Source: a virus. Taken from it: a DNA stretch of 64,000 bases. The DNA is taken from positions 1-64,000 of the IMG/VR virus record IMGVR_UViG_3300013307_000003. One strand, given 5' to 3'. A program made the translations under genes and the position numbers. The notes below the pieces were generated by a model. It made no database searches and was not told the DNA's origin. It worked only from the letters and a program-made list of their open reading frames with translations. Below, piece after piece: positions 1 to 10,390 of the stretch; position 1 is the stretch's first letter; every line of letters starts with the position of its first letter.

Positions 1-538
1 AACCCCTGCAGCCGGTGCGCGCATTCTCGGCCCTGGACTTTCCGTGCAGGTGTGGGTGTACCTCACTTCAGTGGACGCCGAAGGGAATGAAAGTCTAGCG
101 AGCGCGGTCCTTTCGGCTACGCCGGGAAGCATTAGCGGAAACATCACTTGCTACACGATCACCGATTTTACTATCGGCGTAGTTTCAGTCGAAGGCCCTG
201 ACGCGCAAGGCTACTACACCTACCAATTCCTGAGCCTGCACACCGCGCCTGGGTGCGGCTTCACGCAAGGGTACTGGCGCGCTAACCTGAGCGTTCCGGC
301 AGATTTAGACCACGGATGGCTTATCGGCGACGGAGCGTGGCACTGGTGGGCTCCAAATCGGATTTTACAAGGGCGTGAGTGGGACAACGTAACATTCGGC
401 CAATTGGATTTTACGCTCACGATGAGGACCACTACGAACCTTTCCGGTGTGACCTTGCATTGGCAGATTTGGAACAGCGTGAACACTCGGTCGTGGAAAC
501 CGGTGCGTGGCAATCACACATCGTGCGTGATACCGTAG
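1..538 (+). CDS. Tail-associated protein, 5'-truncated, fibronectin-III-like segment
   Basis: Frame is open from position 2; YLTSVDAEGNES resembles an FN3 C-terminal strand motif; tail gene context. Confidence 0.55.
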   Translation, partial: TPAAGARILGPGLSVQVWVYLTSVDAEGNESLASAVLSATPGSISGNITCYTITDFTIGVVSVEGPDAQGYYTYQFLSLHTAPGCGFTQGYWRANLSVPADLDHGWLIGDGAWHWWAPNRILQGREWDNVTFGQLDFTLTMRTTTNLSGVTLHWQIWNSVNTRSWKPVRGNHTSCVIP

Positions 539-541
539 CCA

Positions 542-1978
542 ATGCTTATCAAGAACCTCATCCAGACCGCAGACAAGAGCGATTACGGCGCGCGAGCGGA
601 TCGATCGATCCAATCCGGCCGCGTCATCTTGATCGACAAGACCGCACGCGAGCTTATCCTCGATGTCGGCATGATCGATGCGAACGGGGCCGGGGTTTAT
701 ATGCACGGCGTGCCGTACACACCTCAGACGCCGCCGCAGTTCAACGACATCGTACCGCTGCTTCGCACCAACAGCAGCCCTTACTCGGTTGTTTCCGGAT
801 CAGGCGCTCAGGTCGGCGGCGGCAACACCAATCAGGTCGTCGAGAGCGCGGGCGTCAACAGCATCAAGAAGACCGGCGAAACGACCGGACAGCAAGGCGA
901 CCTGATCCTCGATCCGGGCGCAAATGTCACGATCTCGCGGTCAGGCAAGACGTTCACGATCGGCGAGACCAACACCGCAACCATCGGCGGACTGCTCGAT
1001 ACCGGCGTCACGATCACGAGCAACGGCGACCTCTACACCTACATGTACAATTCCGGCGTGGCGGCGGATGTGAACTTCACGCTCCCGCAGTTGATCGCGA
1101 GCGGCGATAAGCAACTCACGTACATGTTCGTCAACAACAGCGCCTTCAACATCATCGTGGCCGCGTTCTCGGGCGATATGATCGAAGCGGTGAGCACGCT
1201 GACGATGGGGCCGGGTCAGTATTGGGAACTAAGGGGGCTGAAAGGTTCCGGCTCGGACGGGATTTGGCGCGTCACGACGCTGAACCCGAGCCTCGAATAC
1301 CTACGCATCAGGACGGGCACGACCTATACGCTGGCGGCGGGCGACACGGGCAGCGTTCAGGCGTTCAACAACTCTTCGGCGATCACGGTAACAGTCCCGA
1401 CGTTTGCTTCGGTAGCGATCCCGATCGGCGCGAGGATCGTCGTTCGACAGCTAGGGACCGGGCTCGTCACGCTCTCCCCTGCAGGTGGTGTCACGCTCCA
1501 CAACAGCGGTGGGTTGAGTGCAATCCAGCAGTACGCGTCGATGATCTTGAGCAAGATCGCGGCAGATGAGTGGATCATCACGAACGACGCCTACGGGATT
1601 TCACAGAAACGTGCGTGCGTGATTTCGCTGTGCGAAGCGTTTACCCCGGCGGGAACCGGGGCTGACATCGCCGAAAAGCGAGTCCCGTTCAATCCGACCG
1701 ACGGTAGTTCGATCACGTGGAACGTCAAGAGCATCTTCCTGCGAGTAAACACGGCGGGCGGGGCACCTGTCGTAGTGATCCAAAAGAGCACGGTCGGGAA
1801 CGCGGTGTTTGGGAGCGGCTCGACAGTCGGAACGATTACGTTCAGCAGCGGAGATTATGAGGGTGAAGTTACATCTATGCTCGGAACGGTTGCATCCGGC
1901 GACAAGTTGAGATTTTCTGTTACGACCTTGGCTACCGCGACTGGATGGAATATCGACGTAATCTTGGAGCAGCAGTAG
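542..1978 (+). CDS. Minor tail / tail fibre-like protein
   Basis: 478 aa, G/T/S-rich beta-type composition; TTYTLAAGDTG...ITVTVP...QLGTGLVT segment typical of phage fibre modules. Confidence 0.65.
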   Translation: MLIKNLIQTADKSDYGARADRSIQSGRVILIDKTARELILDVGMIDANGAGVYMHGVPYTPQTPPQFNDIVPLLRTNSSPYSVVSGSGAQVGGGNTNQVVESAGVNSIKKTGETTGQQGDLILDPGANVTISRSGKTFTIGETNTATIGGLLDTGVTITSNGDLYTYMYNSGVAADVNFTLPQLIASGDKQLTYMFVNNSAFNIIVAAFSGDMIEAVSTLTMGPGQYWELRGLKGSGSDGIWRVTTLNPSLEYLRIRTGTTYTLAAGDTGSVQAFNNSSAITVTVPTFASVAIPIGARIVVRQLGTGLVTLSPAGGVTLHNSGGLSAIQQYASMILSKIAADEWIITNDAYGISQKRACVISLCEAFTPAGTGADIAEKRVPFNPTDGSSITWNVKSIFLRVNTAGGAPVVVIQKSTVGNAVFGSGSTVGTITFSSGDYEGEVTSMLGTVASGDKLRFSVTTLATATGWNIDVILEQQ

Positions 1979-1981
1979 TCG

Positions 1982-2674
1982 ATGGCAATCGTGAAGGCCG
2001 AAAGCTGGGATGGTGTCACGGCACCGGCGATCCCATCCGGATGGTCTACCGTTGCGGCGTGGGGGACCGAGACATCGGTTTTCGCTTCGGCTGCAAACGG
2101 CGTTCAAAACACAAATACCGCTGTCACGACGGTCGCCTTCTGGAACACGAACAACGACGGCAACGGCGGCGATGCGATGACGAGCGCCACCTTCCTGTTC
2201 AGCGGCGCGGGGACGAACATCGCGTGCTACGTCTTCTGCAGGATGACGACGGCGAGCACGCTTCAGTCGGGGATCACGAGCTACGTCTCGCAACTCCACT
2301 TTGCGGGAGCGGGCGGGCCTGCGGTGTTTCTGCGGAAGCTCGTCGGCGGTACCCCGACACTACTCGGGACGATTGGCAGCCTCACGCTCTCGCTCACTGA
2401 CAGTTACGTACTTTACTGCCGCACGGTCGGTACGACCATCATCTTGCGCGTGAAGCGGGTCTCAGACGGCAAGTGGCTGAATAGCAGCGGATCATTCGTG
2501 ACCGGTAAGCAGGATGCGATAACCGTGACGGACAGTAGCATCTCCGGGGTCGGGAAATCGGGCATCTCGATGCAGCGAGGAACTGGGGCCGACTTTGTTT
2601 ACAGCGACGACTTCCTATTCGAGACGGTGGTAACGGCGGTGGCAAGACGGCGATGCGGGGCTACGTTCCTGTAG
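1982..2674 (+). CDS. Putative virion beta-sandwich (lectin-like) protein
   Basis: 230 aa, beta-rich, 3 nt after the upstream stop, tail context. Confidence 0.5.
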   Translation: MAIVKAESWDGVTAPAIPSGWSTVAAWGTETSVFASAANGVQNTNTAVTTVAFWNTNNDGNGGDAMTSATFLFSGAGTNIACYVFCRMTTASTLQSGITSYVSQLHFAGAGGPAVFLRKLVGGTPTLLGTIGSLTLSLTDSYVLYCRTVGTTIILRVKRVSDGKWLNSSGSFVTGKQDAITVTDSSISGVGKSGISMQRGTGADFVYSDDFLFETVVTAVARRRCGATFL

Positions 2675-2860
2675 TCACCGCCGCCTCGTCACCCCCGCCA
2701 CCAAACCCACCACCACAATCACCCCGAGGATCACCCCCGCCTCGATGTTGGCGGCCGTCTCGCGGTCTACGAACAGGCGGAGGATGGCGAAGGCGGCGAC
2801 GAAGAGGGCGAGGATGGTGATGCAGGAGCACGAGCCTACGGTTTGAGATTTTGTCGGCAT
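2675..2860 (-). CDS. Small two-TM membrane protein inserted antisense in the tail cluster (moron-like)
   Basis: Two hydrophobic stretches, basic C-terminus, opposite strand to its neighbours. Confidence 0.5.
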   Translation of the reverse strand: MPTKSQTVGSCSCITILALFVAAFAILRLFVDRETAANIEAGVILGVIVVVGLVAGVTRRR

Positions 2861-2936
2861 GGTTGGATAGTTTAGCACGCGGGCGGCGATTATTCGTCGG
2901 TCGCGATTTTTTCGTTTGGCAGGAAGGACAAGAACA

Positions 2937-3311
2937 TTGGCAAGACTAGCGAGTGATATAGCGGTTGACGAGGCGAACGCAGTGATCCAGATGTGTCAGC
3001 AAATCCTTGAACTTAAGAAGCGAGTGGCGGCGCTCGTGACCGAGAACGGCGTCAGTCCGATTGGGAACCGATGGGCGACGCTTACAACCACAGCGGTTGC
3101 TACAGATGGCGGCCTGGGTACGGTGGACGGCGCTCCGAATGCTGCTCACGTCATTGACCCGCGCGTTTACCCGAACATAACCCGCACCGTCAGCCCGAAC
3201 GACCTGAACAACGCACTGCAAATCCTGGTCGATTTCAACACCTTCAACGCAGGTACACAGGTTAACGCGAATGCCAGTCGTCCCGGCCAACTCTTCAACG
3301 TGGCGCTGTAA
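2937..3311 (+). CDS. Hypothetical virion protein
   Basis: GGAAGGA ribosome-binding site before TTG at 2937; tail context. Confidence 0.5.
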   Translation: MARLASDIAVDEANAVIQMCQQILELKKRVAALVTENGVSPIGNRWATLTTTAVATDGGLGTVDGAPNAAHVIDPRVYPNITRTVSPNDLNNALQILVDFNTFNAGTQVNANASRPGQLFNVAL

Positions 3312-3321
3312 GGGAACCTGA

Positions 3322-3837
3322 ATGAGCACTCAGACCAGGCAAGATTACAGCACGTATACGGCTATGACCGTGACGAACCTCCAGTCACTCGCGATCGACA
3401 CGTCCGATCCGTTTGCAGGCTGGCAGAGTGCGCGCGTAGACAACCGAACAAGCGTGTTTGCGGATGACTTCGAGGTGCAAATCCTGCTGTCGACGGCGGC
3501 GACTTCCCCGGCAAACGACCAGGCGATTTACGTCTATGGCGTACCGTGGATTTACGATGGGTCCGTGTGGACGCCTGCCGCGAACTTTGGGACGACGACC
3601 AGGCCGACCGGCTCAGAGGGTACGGCTTCGATCTCTGATCCGAACAGCATGAAAGGGCCGATTGCGCTGCCTTACAAGATCACGAGCCAGCCAATCGACG
3701 GTTGGTTTCTTTTGTCTCAGTTGTTCGGGCAGGCCATGCCGGACGGATGGAGCCTCGCTCTGCGGAACAATTGCGGCGCTGCACTCGGAACTGGGTGCGT
3801 GGTGGCGTATCGACCGATCTTCTGGAGCCAGAACTAA
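3322..3837 (+). CDS. Hypothetical virion protein
   Basis: 171 aa ORF tightly packed in the tail cluster. Confidence 0.55.
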   Translation: MSTQTRQDYSTYTAMTVTNLQSLAIDTSDPFAGWQSARVDNRTSVFADDFEVQILLSTAATSPANDQAIYVYGVPWIYDGSVWTPAANFGTTTRPTGSEGTASISDPNSMKGPIALPYKITSQPIDGWFLLSQLFGQAMPDGWSLALRNNCGAALGTGCVVAYRPIFWSQN

Positions 3838-4644
3838 ATGCTACGCGGGTCATGGGGCAACCAGAAACCACCGGTCGGGTCCACGCTCAATTACGGGCAT
3901 CCGCTATTTCACCCGAAGGGGTTGTACTGGCTTTTCAACGAAAATGGCGGTCTGCCGTGTGAACTGCGCACTAAAATCCTTACAGTTCAAAACGCAGGCA
4001 CAATGCCGGTATGGGGGCCTGGAAAGAAGCTGTCCGGTCCAGCGTTTTCGTCTGTGTCTACGAGTACGCACCCCGCACTATTGCCCGATACTACACTGCT
4101 ACCAGTCGGCCCTGCTACGTTTTTCATAGGCAGCAGAAAACGGGACACAACCAATCGGACATCGGCAGCATTTGGGAACGGCGGAGGCTCCGGAGGCTCA
4201 ACATTCGAGTGTGACGCTCTCCTGCCATACAGTGACGGAACCGTGTATTGGGATTACGGCGGCAACACTTCGGGAACTACTCGTCTGTCTATTGCGGGTC
4301 TAAGTTTCGGAGACGACATCTGGGCGTTTACGGTCGGCGCTCGCGGGATGGAGATTTGGCAGAACGGCGTTAAGCGCGCAAGCAACGCGGCCACTCCGAC
4401 GAGGACGACCGACAGCAACCCGTTCTGCATCGGCCAAGCGACGGGCGTACTTACCTCCGATCTCGCGGATTACGGCTTTTTATACGTCGTGCCGTTTCAG
4501 GCGACCGGTACCGAAATCATTAACCTGACGAATAGTCCGTTCGCCATAATCGCGCCGCCGCCCGCGACCAAGTTCTACTCGTACGCCACACCCGCAACCG
4601 GCAACCGCCGCCGCCGTATCCTGTGTGCTGGAAGGATGATGTAG
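3838..4644 (+). CDS. LamG/concanavalin-like domain virion protein
   Basis: GLYWLFNENGG start and WAFTVG..MEIWQNGV..FCIG pattern typical of LamG-like jelly rolls. Confidence 0.6.
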   Translation: MLRGSWGNQKPPVGSTLNYGHPLFHPKGLYWLFNENGGLPCELRTKILTVQNAGTMPVWGPGKKLSGPAFSSVSTSTHPALLPDTTLLPVGPATFFIGSRKRDTTNRTSAAFGNGGGSGGSTFECDALLPYSDGTVYWDYGGNTSGTTRLSIAGLSFGDDIWAFTVGARGMEIWQNGVKRASNAATPTRTTDSNPFCIGQATGVLTSDLADYGFLYVVPFQATGTEIINLTNSPFAIIAPPPATKFYSYATPATGNRRRRILCAGRMM

Positions 4645-4645
4645 G

Positions 4646-6685
4646 ATGCTCTGGGCTAAACTTTCTACTGCCGCAACTATCACCGTCGGCCCGATCCTCG
4701 ACAGCACCGGCGCGGAATACACTGGCGCTGTCATCGGCGACCTCACGCTCCGTAAGCACGACGGCAGCAGCGCGGCTATGGCGAGCGCAGCGACCCTCAC
4801 CCACGTGGATAACGGGCACTATACGCTCGTGACGACGACGGGCAACATGGACACCATCGGACGCCTGCAAATCCGGTGTAACAAATCGACCTACCAGATG
4901 CCGCCGGTCGAGATCATGGTCCTCCCTGCGGCGGTCTATGACACACTGATTACGAACGGCACGCTCGCGAGCACTACGAGCGGCAGGACGATTGCAGTCG
5001 ATAGTAGTGGGATCGGTGACGCGAACATTCAGAAGATACTCGGCACTACCAGTGTCGGCGCAGCAGGCTACGTAGCGCACGATATGGCGCAAGCCGTCCC
5101 GACCAGCCCAACCGCCGGAACCGTCGGCGAAGCGCTCCTGATGATGCTCAACCGCCTCGGCAGGCGCGGAACAGCACAGGCAGGCACCTCGACGACGATC
5201 ACGCTCGACAGCGGCGCTTCTGCCACAGATAACATCTACAGCACGCACAGTATCAAGATCATCAGCGGGACCGGATCGGGGCAGGTCGCGAACATCGCCT
5301 CGTACGTTGGGTCCACGAAGGTCGCGACGATCACACGACCCGGTGGCGGCACTTGGACGACGAACCCGGACAATACCTCTGTGTTTCAGATCGAGGCGGT
5401 TCCGCTGGCGGCGGTCGGCTACATGCTGTTTACGGCACTGACAGAGGGTGCGGCCGGTCGTATCGCAGCGGCTTTCCAGACGATGTTCAACGTCGCCTCC
5501 TCCGTCTTCACGACCGCGAGTGTCAACCAGACGGGCGATAGTTACGCGAGGATCGGAGCACCTGCTGGCGCTTCTGCCTCTGCCGACATCGCATCTATCA
5601 AGACAGACACCGGCACGACGATCCCCGGTCGGCTCCCTGCGGCCCTCGTGAGCGGGCGTATGGATAGCAGCGTGGGCGCGATGGCGGCAAACGTCGTCAC
5701 GGCGGCGGCAATCGCGGATGGGGCCATAGATCGCGCTACGTTCGCCGCTGACACGGGTCTACAGAGCATCAGGTCAAATACCGCACAGGCGGGTGGCAGC
5801 ACGTCGATAACGCTCGACAGCGGCGCAAGCGCATCGAATAGCTTCTACGTGAACTGCCTGATTATCCTGACAGGCGGGACGGGCGCAGGCCAGGCGAGGT
5901 TTATCACCGCTTACGTGGGCAGCACAAAGGTCGCTTCTGTGTCTGCATGGACGACCAACCCGGATAGCAGCACGACGTTTGCGATCATGGGCTTCGATAG
6001 CGTGCCGGGCGCAACGGCTCCGACTACCGCGCAGATTACGGCTGCGATCTTCACCGACTTGATGAACGGGACTGACTTCAACACCGCTGGCAGTTTCGGC
6101 GCACTCGTGAAGGCGAACATCGACGCCGCGACCAGCTCGCGCATGGCGACGTACAGCCAGCCGACCGGGTTCCTCGCTGCGACCTTCCCGGCCGCGATCC
6201 CCGACGCGGCGCACTACACGAACGCACGGGGCGATTTGCTCGCGAACCTCGACGCGACGATCAGCAGCCGCACGAAACCCGCCGACACTCAGGCGCGGGT
6301 CACGCTCGTCGATACCGTAACGACCTATACCGGCAACACTCCTCAGACCGGCGACAACTACGCGCGGCTTGGCGCGCCCGCAGGTGCTTCGATCGCAGCC
6401 GACATTGCGGCCGCAGAAGCGTTCGCCGATCGCGTCGTCGGGCGCGGCACGGTCGGCTCGGCCTCGACGACCACCAGCATTGTCACCAGCGCGATGACGC
6501 CTGCCGGTGTCCACGCCGACCAGTTCAAGGGGCGGATCGTCATCTTCGATCGCACGACCACGACGACCGCTCTGCGCGGGCAGGCAACCGACATCACGGC
6601 CTCTAGCGCGGCTTCTCTGCCGGTCCTGACGGTCACGGCACTAACTGACGCGCCCCAGGCGGGCGACCAATTTTCTATAGTTTGA
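4646..6685 (+). CDS. Ser/Thr/Ala-rich tail fibre or appendage protein with internal repeats
   Basis: 679 aa; repeated [16 protein letters not shown]...GTG.GQ...YVGSTKVA...WTTNPD and QTGD.YAR.GAPAGAS modules. Confidence 0.7.
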   Translation: MLWAKLSTAATITVGPILDSTGAEYTGAVIGDLTLRKHDGSSAAMASAATLTHVDNGHYTLVTTTGNMDTIGRLQIRCNKSTYQMPPVEIMVLPAAVYDTLITNGTLASTTSGRTIAVDSSGIGDANIQKILGTTSVGAAGYVAHDMAQAVPTSPTAGTVGEALLMMLNRLGRRGTAQAGTSTTITLDSGASATDNIYSTHSIKIISGTGSGQVANIASYVGSTKVATITRPGGGTWTTNPDNTSVFQIEAVPLAAVGYMLFTALTEGAAGRIAAAFQTMFNVASSVFTTASVNQTGDSYARIGAPAGASASADIASIKTDTGTTIPGRLPAALVSGRMDSSVGAMAANVVTAAAIADGAIDRATFAADTGLQSIRSNTAQAGGSTSITLDSGASASNSFYVNCLIILTGGTGAGQARFITAYVGSTKVASVSAWTTNPDSSTTFAIMGFDSVPGATAPTTAQITAAIFTDLMNGTDFNTAGSFGALVKANIDAATSSRMATYSQPTGFLAATFPAAIPDAAHYTNARGDLLANLDATISSRTKPADTQARVTLVDTVTTYTGNTPQTGDNYARLGAPAGASIAADIAAAEAFADRVVGRGTVGSASTTTSIVTSAMTPAGVHADQFKGRIVIFDRTTTTTALRGQATDITASSAASLPVLTVTALTDAPQAGDQFSIV

Positions 6686-7331
6686 TGTGTGACCAACCTT
6701 TGCCGCGCAATATCCATGACACGTTGCGTTGGGATGTTCCAACATGATCGCCTATGCGTTGTTGTGTCCATCCCTCGGATCTCAACCTGTGGATAGTACG
6801 CACATCATCTTCGGACAGGGTAAACCGAGAAGCGTTTATGCCTACACCGTGATGACGGGGGAAATCAGGTCGCTGCATTGACATTCTGCCCTTGCTCATG
6901 GCGTCCGCAATATTGTCTTTTTGCGTTCCAACGAAGAGGTGATCCGGGTTAACACAATTACGAACATCGCATTTATGGCACGCTTGTTCACCTAGCAGGA
7001 GTTCTCTCCCGATGGTAATTTCAAGCGCGTATCGGTGTGCACCGTAGTGCTTACCGTGAATAATTAGTCGGGCGTATCCGCGTTCTGTCGGAGTGCCGCA
7101 CCATAACCAACATCCGTTCTCTTGCTTCTGAACAGCGGCAAAAAAACGTTCAGGGGTCCAGGGCACACTGCTTTTTAGCCCCATTGTGGAGCATTGCCAA
7201 GATACAGAACCGGCTGTACGGTTAAGAACTTTCCCTATCTCTGGATGGGATTGTGACATGTAGTTTTCGCGCAGGTAGGCTTTTTATTCGGGTGTCCAAA
7301 TTCGAGGAGCAATACGAGGTAAACTGGGCAT
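6675..7331 (-). pseudogene. HNH homing endonuclease with an in-frame TAA at codon 16 (may restart at 7259)
   Basis: CWLW...AHRY...[18 protein letters not shown] motif and C-terminal HTH; ATG at 7331 has an AAGGAG site and reads [23 protein letters not shown] in frame with the 7259 ORF. Confidence 0.8.
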
Positions 7332-7446
7332 GATGTTCTCCTTCTTAACCAAGGCGAATGTCCACGCAGAGGGTGTGCCAACACGCCTCTGCATACCCCT
7401 ACATTATACCCCGAATTGCTCGTCATTCGTATACGTTTTGAGATCA
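7318..7446 (-). repeat. Leader repeat copy 1 (-10 box, hairpin, SD hairpin) upstream of HNH gene
   Basis: Highly similar to 15870-15997; shares the core TGTCCACGCAGAGGGTGTGCCAACACGCCTCTGCATACCC exactly. Confidence 0.92.
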
Positions 7447-7498
7447 TATACTATGATGGTTTCCTTTACCTTTTCTGTGGTGTAGGGAGGCATAACGC

Positions 7499-8827
7499 AT
7501 GTCCGATGCCTCTTACGGCGGGGCCGGGTCTAAGAGTTTCGCCGACAACACGCCTATCAGCGGCGGCACGGCAGGAACGGGGCGAACCTTCCTCGGCGTC
7601 TACTTCAGCAACCGACTGCTGCAAAACGGGACGATCACGAGCGTCAAGTACCTCGCGCACGGCTCCATAGCCAACGGCATGAAGTTCAAGGTCTTCCGAC
7701 CAAACGGAAGCAACTGGGACTTCGTAGGCGAGAGCGAGAAGTTTACGCCAGTATCCGGCAGCACGCAGACGAAGGTCCTCGGCACCCCGATTACCGGAGT
7801 CGCGCCCGGCGACGTGCTCGGCTACTGGATCGACTACGACGGAAGCACGAGCGTCGGGGCGTGCCTGACGCGTGCGGCGACCTCCGGGACGATCAAGTGG
7901 CTTGCGGGCGATAACACTGGGGCCAACCAGAACTTCAGCGGCAGCATTGATAATCTCGACCTGTGTCTGGAGGCGTTCGGACTTGCGCCTGTTGCGGGTA
8001 TGTCGGGCGACAGCATCGAGGCGGGGCACGGGAGCAGTTACAGCACGTTCCTCGACCTTACGGGACCCGCAGGCGACATTTCGGCGGAGCTCGGCTTCTG
8101 TATGCGCACGAGCGTCGGGAGCAGTTTTACCTACCAGGATTACTCGTCGGGCAGTAAGCAGTGGTCGTGGGTGCTGGGCACGGCGATGCCGGCGATGCAG
8201 AGTGGGACCGCCGTCCACCAGTCGAGCGACCTGAACAACCTCGAATATTGGTTCCACTGCGGCGTCAACGACATCTTCAACGGTCGAACGTGGAACCAAG
8301 TCCAGAGCGATCTTGATGCGATCTACGCGCTCTGCGGCTCGCGCCCGATGTTCGTGGACGAGATACTCCCCGACAGCAACTTCACCGACCTGCAAGCAGC
8401 GACCATCCGAACGTTCAACACGAACTACGCGGCGTGGGGGGTCGGAAAGGCGACGGTGCGGATCGTATCGTGCCACGACCTGCTCGGGCAAATCCGATCT
8501 TCGACGGGCCAGATCGACGACCTTAAATCGATCTACAACAGCGGCGACGGCGTGCATCCGAACGCGGCGGGCGCGGCGGTGATCGCTAGCCAGCGCGCCA
8601 GCGTTCGTGCCGCCTACTACGGCGGTTCGCCGCGCACGGTCGGCAAGATCACGCAGCCGATCTCCTTCGGCGCGATGAGCATGAGAAGGTACGGGTCGTT
8701 TGCCGGGAAAACTGTTCCGGTCACGACGCCCGATGTCCGCGTCACCTTCCGAGGAGGCGGCCGCAAGGTCTCGTATTCAGGCGGCGGACGTAAAACAACT
8801 CTAGGCGGAGGAGGCGGGCGTGGCTGA
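7499..8827 (+). CDS. SGNH/GDSL hydrolase domain protein, probably a virion-associated esterase
   Basis: GDS (SGDSIEAG), GxND (CGVNDI) and DxxH (GDGVHPN) blocks. Confidence 0.85.
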   Translation: MSDASYGGAGSKSFADNTPISGGTAGTGRTFLGVYFSNRLLQNGTITSVKYLAHGSIANGMKFKVFRPNGSNWDFVGESEKFTPVSGSTQTKVLGTPITGVAPGDVLGYWIDYDGSTSVGACLTRAATSGTIKWLAGDNTGANQNFSGSIDNLDLCLEAFGLAPVAGMSGDSIEAGHGSSYSTFLDLTGPAGDISAELGFCMRTSVGSSFTYQDYSSGSKQWSWVLGTAMPAMQSGTAVHQSSDLNNLEYWFHCGVNDIFNGRTWNQVQSDLDAIYALCGSRPMFVDEILPDSNFTDLQAATIRTFNTNYAAWGVGKATVRIVSCHDLLGQIRSSTGQIDDLKSIYNSGDGVHPNAAGAAVIASQRASVRAAYYGGSPRTVGKITQPISFGAMSMRRYGSFAGKTVPVTTPDVRVTFRGGGRKVSYSGGGRKTTLGGGGGRG

Positions 8828-9158
8828 CGTTTACACGGTAATCCGACAGGGCGAGAAGGACTTGATCTACTCGCCTGAGTACGACCCCGACAGCGGCACT
8901 CTTACGTTCGCTTCCGGCACCGTAACCCTCTACGACGCAGCCGGGGCTGTGGCGGGCGGCGTCGATGCGCTCGCTGTGACCGACTTCACGAGCGGGGCGT
9001 CGAGCGGGCCGCAGGCGTGGTGGCTCATGGATCTCACGAACGCCGGGCTGACGCTCGCGCCTGGGGTCTACGAGTTGTGTTTTACGATGATCGACAGCAA
9101 CGGGCGGGACCGGATTTCGGTTGTCGGGGTCACGGTTAAGACGCCGTACGGGCCATAA
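8820..9158 (+). CDS. Hypothetical virion/adaptor protein
   Basis: 112 aa beta-rich ORF overlapping the upstream stop. Confidence 0.45.
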   Translation: MADVYTVIRQGEKDLIYSPEYDPDSGTLTFASGTVTLYDAAGAVAGGVDALAVTDFTSGASSGPQAWWLMDLTNAGLTLAPGVYELCFTMIDSNGRDRISVVGVTVKTPYGP

Positions 9159-9265
9159 ATCTTTTTTATCATCGTCACTTTTCTGGCGCATACATACCCG
9201 CCATCACCTCGTGATAGGATAGGCGAATGCAAGCGGTAACGACTATTCAAGGGACGAAGCGGCAC

Positions 9266-9724
9266 ATGCCTACATTTACGCCCGGTTGGAACGCCCCCAC
9301 ATACCTGACGATCGCCATAGCCTGTATAGGCACTGCCGGTCTCGTGATCGTCGCGTTCGTCACGTCGCGCTATAGCCTGCTCTCAAAAATCCTCGAAAGC
9401 AAGGATGCCGACAATAAGCTATCCGAGGAGCGGGCGCAGGCGTTCACGAACCGTTTTGACGGCATGGAGAACAAGCTCCACTCAATCGAGGCGGAACTGC
9501 AAACGAGCAGGAGCGAGACGCTGGCAGCGCGGCAGGAGATACTGGCAGTCAAGCAGGAAAACGCCGACCTGCGCGCTGAGAACGCGACACTCAAGATCGC
9601 GATGCAGGCGCGTGACATGGAGTTCGCGGCGATGAAGACGGAGAATAAGCGGCTCTCCGGGGAGTGCGAGAGCATGAGGCGGAGGATACAGCAACTACAT
9701 CCGGATAAGGATTTGATTGGGTAA
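9266..9724 (+). CDS. Membrane-anchored coiled-coil protein (lysis-associated candidate)
   Basis: One N-terminal TM segment followed by a long heptad-rich region; alternative start at 9227. Confidence 0.5.
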   Translation: MPTFTPGWNAPTYLTIAIACIGTAGLVIVAFVTSRYSLLSKILESKDADNKLSEERAQAFTNRFDGMENKLHSIEAELQTSRSETLAARQEILAVKQENADLRAENATLKIAMQARDMEFAAMKTENKRLSGECESMRRRIQQLHPDKDLIG

Positions 9725-9737
9725 CGGAGGCAAGGCA

Positions 9738-9926
9738 ATGTCATTGTTAATCAGTTTACTTATAACAGCACTGGTGGTGTGGCTGATCTTCTACTGTATC
9801 GGTAAGCTACCACTTGACCCGGTTGTCAAGCAGGTCGTGCAGGTCGTGCTTGCGGTCCTGTGCTTGATCTGGCTGTTGCAGGTGTTCCTGCACATCGCGC
9901 CGGGGTTCTGGTATCCGAGGTACTGA
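9738..9926 (+). CDS. Small two-TM membrane protein (holin-like candidate)
   Basis: Two hydrophobic helices separated by KLPLDP; GGAGG upstream. Confidence 0.5.
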   Translation: MSLLISLLITALVVWLIFYCIGKLPLDPVVKQVVQVVLAVLCLIWLLQVFLHIAPGFWYPRY

Positions 9927-9936
9927 GGAGAAAACA

Positions 9937-10341
9937 ATGAGCATAGACCTATTCAACGAAATCAAGGGGCTTGCCGGGAACCTGCCGGTCGGTGCGTTCA
10001 AAGCCCTGCCGCCAGATCGGTGGGACCACGTTTCTTTCCAGGGCGTTCAGAAGGCGAAGGTCACGGCTCACAGCGTGGGCTTCGATCCGATCCATCAGAT
10101 TGCGACGGCCTCGTGGACCTACGCCGACCTCGTGGACCCTTCGAAGGTCGATACGATCAAGGCGACGATTGACGCCAAGGGGCACGCGACGATCACGCTC
10201 GACGGCGTTTCCGAGGCGAATGCGCGGATTGCGGTGAGGCCGATCGTGCAGCTCTTTTCGGTGAAGTTCTCGATTGAGTTGATCTATGATTTGAATGGCG
10301 TGAGGCAGGATACGAGGCTAGACGGCAGGGCATTCCCGTAG
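9937..10341 (+). CDS. Hypothetical protein
   Basis: GAGGAG ribosome-binding site, 134 aa. Confidence 0.6.
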   Translation: MSIDLFNEIKGLAGNLPVGAFKALPPDRWDHVSFQGVQKAKVTAHSVGFDPIHQIATASWTYADLVDPSKVDTIKATIDAKGHATITLDGVSEANARIAVRPIVQLFSVKFSIELIYDLNGVRQDTRLDGRAFP

Positions 10342-10390
10342 CCTGTGCGTGGCACTGAGAGGCCCTAGCGCATGATCTGAGGGGAACCGT

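Noticed and set aside
7318-7446. IscB/HEARO-type RNA-guided nuclease
   Set aside because: The HNH proteins lack PLMP and split RuvC motifs, and the leader is much shorter than such RNAs
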